Shown: positions 13,476 through 24,389 of the stretch, one piece after another
How positions within the stretch are numbered: the first letter of the stretch is position 1
Layout of the letters: every line of letters begins with the position of its first letter
Notes under the pieces: generated by a model
Told to the model about the DNA's origin: nothing
Databases searched by the model: none
What the model saw: only the letters and a program-made list of their open reading frames with translations
Made by a program: the position numbers and the translations under genes
Origin: Octopus vulgaris
Taxonomy: Eukaryota
Assembly (NCBI GenBank): GCA_951406725.2
Contig: OX597817.1
Location: 97,030,001 to 97,094,000, forward strand
Reading direction: 5' to 3'
DNA: 64,000 nucleotides

Positions 13476-14167
13476 GATTTTTCAAACCTACTTTCTTGCT
13501 CACATGATTAACAGAACCTCTTCCTAGTTTATGGACTAGTTAGATTGCTTGACGAACTCAGATTTTACCTTTTTTGCCCCAAGTCTATATTAGTTATCAA
13601 ATAATAATTATTATCGACAATGCCGTCCCCTTTCAACTATGCTAGTCAAAATTTTCTCACACCGCTTTATTCCCACATGTTCTTCGACCACCTCTCTCCA
13701 CCCCTCTCTAACTAACCCTATCTCTCTCCCTATGTTTCTCTATGCCCCCCCTCTTCCATAACCATCATCGCCATATATAAAAGAGCGATTGCATTATCGT
13801 TAACCCCACTCGCTTCCAAATATCTAAAGAAGAAATACGCACAGATCATGAATGGTTAAAGTTAAGTAATTCTTCTTTCAGCCTCGCTTCCTCTACCTTC
13901 TATCTTTGCGCGTATCATCATTATTCTTTCACTATTCTTTGATTACTCTCTCATTATATTGTTCTTTCAGTACTCTCTCATTATATTATTCTTTCTCCCT
14001 TTCTTTCAGTATTCTCTCATTACTCTGTCTAGCTCAAATATGGTTTTTGTTTAGTCTTGTCTCCCGGTTCATAGCCACTTACTTTCCCCTAAAAATCTCA
14101 TTTTCTCAGATTTTTCAAACCTACTTTCTTGCTCACACGATTAACAGAACCTCTTCCTAGTTTATGG
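13476..14167. repeat. Element bounded by about 59-bp direct repeats
   Basis: gatttttcaaacctactttcttgctcaca-gattaacagaacctcttcctagtttatgg at 13476-13534 and 14109-14167, one mismatch. Confidence 0.75.
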
Positions 14168-17100
14168 TGTTCTGCAATGCAGATAATCTTATGATTTGCA
14201 ACACTAACTTCAGGAAACCTACCAGCCACCTACCGATCGGGCCAACATACCAGCCAAATTGACTACATCCTTCCCAGGCAAAGAATGTACCCCACAACAT
14301 AGACTGGTAGTTAGTGACTTTAGGATCAGGACTAGGAGGACAACAAGAAGACGACCAACATGGAGAAGAAGGATCTGGAAGCTTAAAGATCCTGCGAATG
14401 GACAGAGATTTAGGGACATGCTACTTGAAGCCTTTGACGAAGTAGAAGGGGATAGAGTATCACATGGGGTAGAAGACAACTGGACGTTTCTAAGGGACAA
14501 CCTGCTGAGAGCCACTGACCAGATCTGTGGTTGGTGCAAAGTCCCCTCTCGTCCCAAGGTAACGTGGTGGTGGAACAGTGTTGTAGACAGGGCTATTAGA
14601 GAAAAGAGACAGACTTGGAAGCACTGGAAGAACGGTGGTAGCAGGGAATTGTATCAGACTGCCAAAAGGGAAGCTAGGAGACAGGTCTATCTAGCCAGAG
14701 GGGAAGCAGATAAGAAAAAAGTTTGCCAATGTTCTGCGCCATGAGGACCAAAGACTGGAGGTGTTTCGCGTTGCAAGATAGTGTGTGAGAGAGAATTGTG
14801 ATGTGGTAGGAGAGAAGTGTGTTTGCATGGAAGGTGGTTTACTTGCGCTAAATGATGATGCAAAGAGAGTGGTTTGGAGACGCCACTATGAAAGGTTGCC
14901 GAATAAAGAAAATGAATGGGATAAAGAGAGTCTGCCGAATGTTGACCCAACAGAGGGACCAGCTATCCGAGTTGATAGTTCCTTGGTAGTTAAGGCAATT
15001 AGAAGTATGAAGACAGGGAAAGCCCCAGGCCCATCAGGAATCACTGCAGAGATGCTCAAAATATCTGGTAGTGTCGGCTATAGCCTAGTCACCCGTATAG
15101 TTAATCAGGTGATACACGAAGGAGTCATACCCAATAACTGGTGTAGCCGCATAATAGTCAACTGCTACAAAGGTAAAGGTGACGCCCTAGATACAAATAA
15201 TTACAGAGGTATCAAGCTGTTGGATCAGGTGATGAAGGTTATGGAGAGGGTCATAGCCCAACTAATTAGAGAGAGAGTTAGTTTAGATGAGATGCAGTTT
15301 GGGTTCGTGCCAGGGAAAAGTACCACTGATGCTATATTCCTGGTAAGGCAGCTGCAGGAGAAATACCTATCCAAAGATAAGCCCCTGTACCTGGCTTTTG
15401 TTGACATGGAGAAAGCCTTCAACAGGGTCCCCCGATCCCTTATCTGGTGGTCAATGAGGAAACTAGGGATAGATGAATGGTTAGTGAGAGCTGTGCGAGC
15501 CATGTACAGGGACGCTGCTAGTAAGGTGAGGGTTGGCAACGAGTACAGTGAAGAATTCCGGGTAGAGGTAGGGGTCCACCAAGGCTCAGACCTCAGCCCC
15601 CTCCTATTTATCATAGTCCTCCAGGCAATAACGGAGGAATTCAAGACAGGATGCCCTTGGGAGCTCCTCTATGCTGATGACCTTGGTCTAATTGCTGAGT
15701 CACTATCAGAACTGGAGGAGAAGTTTCAGGTGTGGAAGCAAGGATTAGAATCGAAGGGCCTTAGAGTCAATCTAGCTAAAACCAAAGTCGTAATAAGTAG
15801 GAAGGTAGACAAATCACAAACGCCTTCAGGTAGATGGCCCTACTCGATCTGTAGAAAAGGTGTAGGTAGAAACTCTATAAGATGCACCAAGTGTAAGCTA
15901 TGGACACATAAGAGGTGCTGCAATGTCAAAGGAAGGCTAACTAGGAAGATGGTTTTTGTATGTGGCAGATGCTCAGGAACAATAAACATTGAAAATGCTC
16001 TGAGACCAACTTCCGTCACTTTCCAAGAAGAAAAACTAGAAATAGTTGATAGCTTCTGTTACCTAGGTGACCAAGTCAGTAGCGGGGGCGGGTGTGTTGA
16101 AAGTGTAACTACTAGAGTAAGAATAGCTTGGGCAAAGTTCAGAGAGATCTTACCTCTGCTGGTGACAAAAGGCCTCTCGCTCAGAGTAAAAGGCAGACTG
16201 TATGACGCGTGTGTACGAACAGCCATGCTACATGGCAGTGAAACATGGGCCGTGACTGCTGAGGATATGCGTAAGCTCGCAAGAAATGAAGCCAGTATGC
16301 TCCAATGGATGTGTAATGTCAGTACTCATACTCGACAGAGTGTAAGTACCTTGAGAGAAAAGCTGGACCTAAGAAGCATCAGATGTGGTGTGCAAGAGAG
16401 ACGTTTGCGATGGTATGGGCATGTGGCGAGAATGGATGGAGATAGTTGTGTGAAAAAGTGCCACACCCCAGCGGTTGAGGGAACCTGTGGAAGAGGCAGA
16501 CCCAGGAAAACCTGGGACGAGGTGGTGAAGCACGACCTTCGAACTTTAGGTCTCACTGAGGAAATGACTAGAGACCGAGACCTCTGGAAGTATGCTGTGC
16601 GCGAGAAGACCTGGCAGGACAAGTGAGACCATAACCCGTGGCCTTCTACATGGGATGGAGCCAGCCCACTTATGCATACCTTCCCTTCTTGGGACACAAA
16701 ACTCTACTTGTGAAAACCTGTTGAGGCAAGTGGAAATCAGAATCGAAATCGATCAATGGAAATTGCAGCTGAGTTACCAGTGCCGGTGGCACGTAAGAGA
16801 ACCATCCGAATGTGGCCGTTGCCAGCGCCGCCCAGACTGGCCTCGTGCCGGTGGCACGTAAAAAGCACCATCCGTTCTTGGCCGTTGCCAGCCTCACCTG
16901 GTCCCCGTGCCGGTGGCACGTAAAAAAAGCACCATCCGTTCGTGGCCGTTTGCCAGACTCGTCTGGCACCACCATCCGTTCGTGGCCGTTGCCAGCGCCA
17001 CCTCGTCTGGCCCCGTGTCGGTGGCACGTAAAAAGCACCCACTACACTCACGGAGTGGTTGGCGTTAGGAAGTGCATCCAGCCGTAGAAACACTGCCAGA

Positions 17101-17208
17101 TCAGACTGGGCCTGATGCAGCCTTCTGGCTTCACAGACCCCAGTTGAACCGTCCAACCCATGCTAGCATGGAAAGCGGACGTTAAATGATGATGATGATG
17201 ATGATGAT
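14168..17208 (+). mobile_element. 5'-truncated, relatively young RTE-clade LINE
   Basis: End of APE endonuclease, RT ORF, 3'UTR with tandem GTGCCGGTGGCAC units and a (GAT)n tail. Confidence 0.95.
14785..16626 (+). CDS. RTE reverse transcriptase (613-aa uninterrupted part of the ORF)
   Basis: KAPGPSG, NYRGIKL, QFGF, FVDMEKAF, GVHQGS.LSP, LYADD, an internal CHC-type Cys cluster and RLRWYGH. Confidence 0.9.
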   Translation: MRENCDVVGEKCVCMEGGLLALNDDAKRVVWRRHYERLPNKENEWDKESLPNVDPTEGPAIRVDSSLVVKAIRSMKTGKAPGPSGITAEMLKISGSVGYSLVTRIVNQVIHEGVIPNNWCSRIIVNCYKGKGDALDTNNYRGIKLLDQVMKVMERVIAQLIRERVSLDEMQFGFVPGKSTTDAIFLVRQLQEKYLSKDKPLYLAFVDMEKAFNRVPRSLIWWSMRKLGIDEWLVRAVRAMYRDAASKVRVGNEYSEEFRVEVGVHQGSDLSPLLFIIVLQAITEEFKTGCPWELLYADDLGLIAESLSELEEKFQVWKQGLESKGLRVNLAKTKVVISRKVDKSQTPSGRWPYSICRKGVGRNSIRCTKCKLWTHKRCCNVKGRLTRKMVFVCGRCSGTINIENALRPTSVTFQEEKLEIVDSFCYLGDQVSSGGGCVESVTTRVRIAWAKFREILPLLVTKGLSLRVKGRLYDACVRTAMLHGSETWAVTAEDMRKLARNEASMLQWMCNVSTHTRQSVSTLREKLDLRSIRCGVQERRLRWYGHVARMDGDSCVKKCHTPAVEGTCGRGRPRKTWDEVVKHDLRTLGLTEEMTRDRDLWKYAVREKTWQDK

Positions 17209-17529
17209 AAACACACACACACACACACACACATATATCATCATCATTGTTCGACCGTGGTTGAGACAATGGAATTTACTATGTTACGCCAGACTTCACG
17301 GTCCATCATAGCATTACGGAGGTCCTGTTGCTGGATGCCTGTATCCCTGGAGATTACATTAGGGTAGGAGAGTGTGAACCCTCTGGTATCGCGAGCAGAT
17401 GGCTTACAGAGGAGAAGAGTAGAAATTACCTCGTTTTCAGCTCTACAACAAACTGGACTCTTCTACCTTTCACAAGAGATGATACAGGTGGTAGTTTCCC
17501 ATATATTTGTACTTTGGTTGGATATATAA

Positions 17530-18480
17530 TAATAACATTAGGGAATATAACTCCAAACTTACAGGGGAAAATTCAATTTTGTATTAAATCAAATTTCACA
17601 ATATAAATATATAATATATATAAATTAGAGAAAAACCACTATTATGTAATTCAAACAATGATAGACATAAACCAAATCATGAAGAAAAAATAAAATATAT
17701 TATAAAACATATAACTAGATCACAAAAAGTTTTTAAAAAACGAATAAACAATATATAATAAGTAAAAAGACTACGTACGTTTCGTGGCTATAACTGCAAT
17801 TCGAATTAAATTTAAATTTAATCCCAAAACAATTCAATTTTAAAGTATAGTTACTCCTCGGGTCAACAATAATAACAATAATAGTTAAATAAATAATCAA
17901 ATAGAATTAAACAATATTTCTTAAAGAAATAAAATCATGATAATTGTTATAGAAGAAATTCCGTTAAATAAATTTGAAACTTAAAAAGTAGGACCAGGTG
18001 TCTATAATACATTTATCATGTTAAAAACCTAAGGTAAAAAAAACAGAGTAAATAGAAAAATGTATTTTATCTGTGAAGATATATTTTAGCTTTGAGAATA
18101 ACATTAACAAACTATAGTATATCTTTTCACTACCTATACTCTAATATTTTACATTACAAACTATTTTACAAATCAATCACACTTAATACTTTTAGATTTT
18201 AGTTCACATATAATAATTATAAAATTTAAAAAATTAAATAAATGTACATATCTAAATTATAATTAACAAATAAAACAATTAGAAATCCATATTTTTCCAT
18301 CAATAAACATATAAATAAATAAATTACTCCATTATTTCTTATACTTATCATTCCAAAAATATTTATGAAATAAAAAATAAAAAATTCCAAAACTAAAAAT
18401 GTATTACTTATCATTTATAAAATTATTTGCGCAAAAAAGTACTTATATTTTTTATATTTAGTACTATTGAATTTAATAAT
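17530..18480 (-). mobile_element. AT-rich Penelope-like terminal repeat with hammerhead (family also at 47923-48380 and about 52225-52350)
   Basis: Shared tccaaacttacag...aattagagaaaaacc and hammerhead motif at 17769-17864. Confidence 0.65.
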
Positions 18481-18499
18481 AATAATAATAATGATGTTG

Positions 18500-19797
18500 T
18501 TGTGATGCATGTACTCTTTATCCCATTTGAGTGTTCCACTCATTGGATGATAGGTTTTTTTTTGAGGTGGGGATTAACGTAGTGATTTATTTCTGGTATC
18601 ATTATATCATTGAAGATTTTGTGGCAGGAGATAAAGTTTCAGCGAGGGCTATCCTTTGTTCTGAATCAATGATCTATCAGCTGTTAAGGTACAGCTTTAG
18701 GTAAATTCCGTAAAAATTTTTATTCGTTTTTTTTATACATTTCGTTTGAGAAAAAATGATAGGGACGTGTGTATATGTTGATGGTGGGGTGCGAGATAGA
18801 AAGTGTGTGTTTGAGAGAGAGAGAAAGAAGGTGTATGTTGATGGGTATGTGAGTGATTGACAGAGAGAGAGAGAGTGTGTGTGTGATAGCGTAACACCTC
18901 TCTCTCTCTCTTTCTCAGTCAAACACACACTAAAAACATGCGAGAAAAAGTAAATGAATAAAATTTACGCTATCTCTTTCCCTCTCTGTCTCACACACAC
19001 AGTAACACACACTTTCTCTCTTTCTCTCTTTCCAACAATACACCCCCTCTCTCTCTCTCTCAGTCAATCACTCGCACACTCAATCAAAAAAGATGTGAGG
19101 AAAACTAAATTTTAAAAATGTACACTGTTCCTCTTTCCCTCACACACACAAATACACACACACACAAAGCATACATTTTAAAAATTTATTTCTCCTCGCA
19201 TCTTTTTTGAGTGAGAGTGTAAGTGATTGACTGAGAGAGAGAGGTGTGTGTTGTTGGAAAGACAGAGAGGGGAAGTGTGCATTGCAATGTGAGAGAGAGT
19301 GAAAGAGGGGAAGTGTATGTTGCAATGTGTGTGTGAGAGAGAGAGAGATAGCGTAAATTTTATTTATTTACTTGTTCTCCCGTCTTTTAGTGTGTTTGAC
19401 AGAGAGGGGGGGCAATACGCTATCACACTCTCTCTCTCTCTCAGTCTCTCACTCAAAAAGATGCAAGCAAAAATAAATTTTAAAAATGTATGCTGTCACT
19501 CTCCCCCCTCCCCCCTACATACACCTCTTCACCATTGCAAGAAGGGGACTTAATTCATGTTAGCAAACTTACAGATTTCACTGACGTTAAAAATTGGTAA
19601 AAGTTATGGTTGAAAATTGATTTTTACCACAATCCACAGGTGTCTTGGGAAAAATAAGTTGACAAAAGCACAGCCATGGTCATGACCAATGTCCTCCTAA
19701 AATTGGAGTGACATGCGTGCAAATTTGTGGACATGCATAAATTACATTCATACACACACACACACACATACACATCCTGCCTTTTATAGATATAGAT
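18500..19797. mobile_element. Non-autonomous element with long internal inverted repeat (possibly Helitron-derived)
   Basis: Fold-back at 18851-19453. The minus strand starts TCTATATCTATAAAAGGCAGG, a Helitron-like 5' TC. Confidence 0.45.
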
Positions 19798-19799
19798 AT

Positions 19800-20370
19800 G
19801 TATATATATATTCCATACTGTATGTTATTGTAAAGTTAAGAAATCCAGTTGTCTAATTCTGTTTACTGTTGCTCTAAATCTCGAAAGTTCCAGCCCTTCA
19901 TTTGTTTTTGATTTTTTACCTGCTATCTTATCCAAATGTTCACCCTTTATACATCTATGTAAAAGGTGAGCTTTTTCGAATTGCATCTCCGTACGTGTTT
20001 ATTCGGAATAAAATTCAGCACTGAATATGCTCTGGTTAAATTTACAATTTAAAAATAGGATAAAATCTTTATAAGAATTTATCAAGTAGTTAGCATGAAA
20101 CAATTCTATATGCTACGCTGGATACATTGGGTGTTCGTCTGGTATATTGATTTTTGTTCATTTTTTTATAAATCTTGAATTATGCTTGCACTGAGGATTA
20201 AAAAGTGCATTTGTGTACTCATTATGAAATCATATGATATGCAGCTGAATTCTGATTTTAAGAAACTCGCTTCGAGAGTTGTATTCCCTTGCATTCGGTA
20301 CTATGTGTTTGTTTATTTTGGTAGTTTTGACTTTAAGAGTCCCTCCTAGCATGTGGCATTTATGTATAGT
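19800..20370 (+). mobile_element. Probable Penelope-like 3' fragment with degenerate hammerhead
   Basis: tgcaCTGAGGAttaaaa...ttttaaGAAACTC..GAGTtgta at 20187-20284, flanked by (TA)n. Confidence 0.4.
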
Positions 20371-20379
20371 AATGCCCAC

Positions 20380-20519
20380 AATATATATATAAATATATGT
20401 ATCTATATGTATCAGCGATGGTCTTCCTCGGTCACGAGTGAATGGCCTTCATACGTATGTATGTATGTATATGTGTCTGTGTGTGTGTGTGTGTATTTAT
20501 ATATATATGTGTGTGTGTG

Positions 20520-20550
<31 letters not shown>

Positions 20551-20555
20551 GTGTG

Positions 20556-20586
<31 letters not shown>

Positions 20587-21440
20587 GACAACCTGTAAAT
20601 TACGTCCCTGTAAATTAGCAGTTCAGCAAAAAAGACCGATACAATAAGTACTAGGCTTTGCATGGCCGCAGTTAAATGACTGAAACAAATAAAAGAATAA
20701 AAGAAATCTAAATAGAAGTGGACGACACTCACATTTTCAATCGTTGAAGAGAAGAACAACCCTCAGAGGTAAACTACCATTTCATTAACCACTTTGCCCC
20801 ACAATGTACATGTGAACTTAAATACTTGAGTAGTCTAGATATGTATACATGTGTGTGCATGTGTATGTAGGCATATGTAAATATACGGGTGTGATACATG
20901 TACATGTGCATGTGTGCATACATGTATGTATACATGTGTGTGGATATATGTGTATACATATGTATATGCACACACATATCCATGCATGTGTATTTTTTCT
21001 GCTTCTTATGTGCCCATATATTTGTGCATGCATCCATCATCGTTGTCATTGTTTGGCATCCACATGGAAAGCAGACGTTGGGTGGTGATAGTGGTGGTAG
21101 TGGGTACGAGTGCAGAGGTGTGGAGACATGTGAGCTGGAGGAGATATTTATGTGTGGGTGTGTGTATGTGTGTATGTATGTATATACATGTGTGTGTCGG
21201 TATGTATGTATATATTTGTATGTGTATACATATAGGTTTATATATATATGTATGTGTATGCATATGTATATGTGTGTATGTATATATATATGCATGTGTA
21301 TGGATGTGTGTATATGTATGAATATATCCGTGCATGCGTGTGTATATATATGTATATGTGTGCGTGTATATATATATGTGTGTGTGTAGATAAATATATG
21401 TGTATTTATTAATATGTGCATATGTGTATATATATGTGTG
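20380..21440. repeat. Compound (TA)/(TG)/(TATG) microsatellite field
   Basis: Directly visible. It explains the many Y/I/H/T- and V/C/M-rich ORFs here. Confidence 0.95.
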
Positions 21441-22615
21441 TGATTTTTCTACATGTAATAACTTAAGAATCTTAACATGCATTTTTCATTGTAATCCACA
21501 TTTTTTTCCAGGCAGTGCAATCAAACTTCTAAATATTCTTTTGCTAAAAAATATTTTAATTATTTTTCATTGTTGATGATTGAATTAAAATAAGAATTTT
21601 ATGTTGTGTGTTTTAATTTTCACATATTTTTTTCTTAAATTCTAAAAATAAAAACAAGTTTTCTAGACAGGGTTTCGTTGTATAATATAAAATAAAAATG
21701 ACTTAAAAAATGCCAAAATAGCCAATGCATCCACTGTAAGGCACGAGGAGCCACCTGCCCTTTTGCTTTTTCTGAACAGCATTACTAGAAGCCTTCAGGT
21801 CTGCCCCTTGAAAGAAACAATAACAATATTGTATCATTAAATTTTGAGGAATAAAATTCTTTTTAATGAAGTTTTCATACATATGCTAAAATTCCATATT
21901 ATAATCCAATTTTCATAAACCAGTTTAAAACTCCAATTTATATAAATGAAATATAACCTACTTTCCATAAACCGATTTCAAGCTTATCTATAAAAGATAC
22001 AAAAAGTTTATTAAAAAATTTACTTTTTCAAAAATGTTTTTAAGATTTTTCTTTTTAAATTCATGAGCAATATTTATATTTAACTTTTGATTTAAGGCTG
22101 TAATTTTCTAGTTTTCAATTTTTTTTTTATGGAATTGAAAATGTGAAATTTTTCTATTCTTTTTCTTTTATATTTGTTTTGATTTTTCTTCCTTTCTTCA
22201 TTCAATTCAGTCCCCACCCCTGCCATATTATTTATTTTTCCTTCGGTATTATTATTAGGCCCTGTATTCAAGTCAACCCCACCCCATAAAGAGAAACATC
22301 AAATTTAAAGCATGCAAGCAATATTTGCTTGTTTTGTGTTAATTAAATTAAACTCACCTGTATATTTATTTCCTTTAAAATTAACAATTTTTAGGATAAT
22401 GAGAAATGTAATTATAATTGTAAAAAATATTAGATCCTATATCTTCACTGTATATAAAATTTTTATATTGAAACAAAGTGCATAATATGAACACACCAAA
22501 AAAAAAAAAAAAGTGTGAAAATTCATTATGAAAGATAATAATTTTCTGTATAATAGTGAATATTAATATAATACTAATTTTATTATAAAATCAAAAAATA
22601 AATGAGCTATATCTA

Positions 22616-23814
22616 CAGGGTACATAAGGTATTTGAGGACATACCTTTTTTGCTGCATTTTTTGCTAACTCTGTATAATCTTTGTTTCAGAAAATAATAA
22701 TGGCAGACTCTCAGCTTACTCAAGAAATGAAGAGGCATGCTGTTATTGTGGTTATAAAGACTGAGCATAGCAATTTAGAAATATCGTGATTTTTAAAAGT
22801 TGCCAGGTTTTTCTTCTACAAAGTTTGTAAGGAGCTAGAGACTGAAGACGGAAATGTATCACCAGTATCAAAGCATTCTAAATGCTCTGAAATCATTAGA
22901 ACACCTGAATTTATCTAGCAAGTTCAACAGACCATTGATTACAATCCCAGAAAGTCTTTGAGGTCAATTGTAAAAGATCTCCATGTGTCAGAAGGAACGG
23001 TCAGAAGCGTTGTCTGCGAAGACATCAGATCAGGATATGTCAATTTGCCAGAAAAAGCAAAAGAAAATCACTACATTAGATCTAATAGGCTCTTAAGCAA
23101 ACTGAAAAATCCAGCCGAAGAAGATTTGATTTGGTTTTTCTCAAACGAGAAAAACTTCAACCAGGATCTAAAAGTTAACAGAAGAAATGGCAGATGGTTA
23201 TATGCAGACCCTTCTGAAGTTCCTAGTGTTATGCATACAAAATTTCCTGCAACTGTCATGGTTTTAGGGGTTGTCAGCAATGAAGGACATGTGATGCCTC
23301 CTTACTTCTTTCCACAAGGCCTTAGAGTTAACTCTGCCACCAACATTGAGGTCCTGGAAATAATTGTTAAGCCCTGGATAGACAGTGTATGCAATGGAAG
23401 GCCATATGTGTTTTAGTAAGACTCTGCACTATCGCACATGGCTCCAGTAACACAGGAATGGATGTTTGAAAATTTTCATGATCACATAACCCTTAACATT
23501 TGGCCTCCTAATTCTCCAGATCTCAATCCATTGGACTATTACATGTGGAGCATTTTTGAGAGAGAAGTCAATGAACACACCCATAACACCAAAGATTCTT
23601 TGAAAGCTGCCATAGTCAGAGTAATGTAGATGATTTAGATCTCATATAGAAGCAGTTGTTGAAGCTGAAGGTGGCTTTTATTGAATAACATTATAGAAAA
23701 GAAGGTTTATTTTTATCCTCATAGCATTTTTTGATAAATAAAGTTATCTTTTATTATGTATATATGTTTTTTTTTATAAACATAAATCTGTCCTCAAATA
23801 TCTTACACACTCTG
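22616..23814 (+). mobile_element. Full-length decayed maT (DD37D) Tc1/mariner element
   Basis: TA on both sides. TIRs CAGGGTACATAAGGTATTTGAGGACA and (reverse complement) CAGAGTGTGTAAGATATTTGAGGACA. Motifs FSNEK and QDSA-37 aa-PLDY. Confidence 0.92.
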
Positions 23815-24389
23815 TATATATAGTAAGAAGAGGTATGAGAATATATTAACTATATAGTAAGAAGATAATCTGATCATATGAATAGTAAAACCATGGCTAA
23901 TATAAAAAATTTTTAAATGTAAAAATAGCCAATGCATCCACTGTAAGGCAGGAGGAGCCACCTACCCTTGTTAGGGCAAAGTTAGTTTGTTAGTCTAAAT
24001 CAGTGCAACATAAAAATAAAGTCTGCAATTCAGCTACTGTTCTTGCCTGAAAAAAATTCATTCAAAAAATGCCAGCTTCTCAATCCTGTTTTTTTATTAG
24101 GTTAAAATGATTAAGCTTTGAACCACAGTAACATTTTTCTGCAATAAGTATGTATGTATGGTGGTATATGTACGTATGTGCGTGTGTGTCTGTGTGTTAG
24201 TGTTTATTTATAATAGACAGCAGAAAAGAATTCACTTGTCCTCAATTCTTGTCAACTTACCCCCTCTCTCCTTAAAGCTATATCACACTCACCTTTGTTT
24301 CCCTTCATGGGCATTTTAAACGTTACTTATGTGTATGTGCATTGTGTGTGTGTTTATGAAAGTATGTATACAGCATTGTGTGTATATGC

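Noticed and set aside
15225-17269. Antisense and 3'UTR ORFs over the RTE
   Set aside because: These are shadow frames of the RT ORF and GC-rich tandem repeats.
20353-21482. Many overlapping ORFs up to 215 aa
   Set aside because: They are translations of dinucleotide and tetranucleotide microsatellites.
21735-21760. miR-124 gene (TAAGGCACG on plus)
   Set aside because: The match stops after 9 nt (miR-124 continues CGGTGAATGCC) and there is no plus-strand precursor fold.
23925-23960. Iron-responsive element (CAGTG loop on minus)
   Set aside because: The five bases either side of CAGTGN (CCTTA / ATGCA) do not pair.
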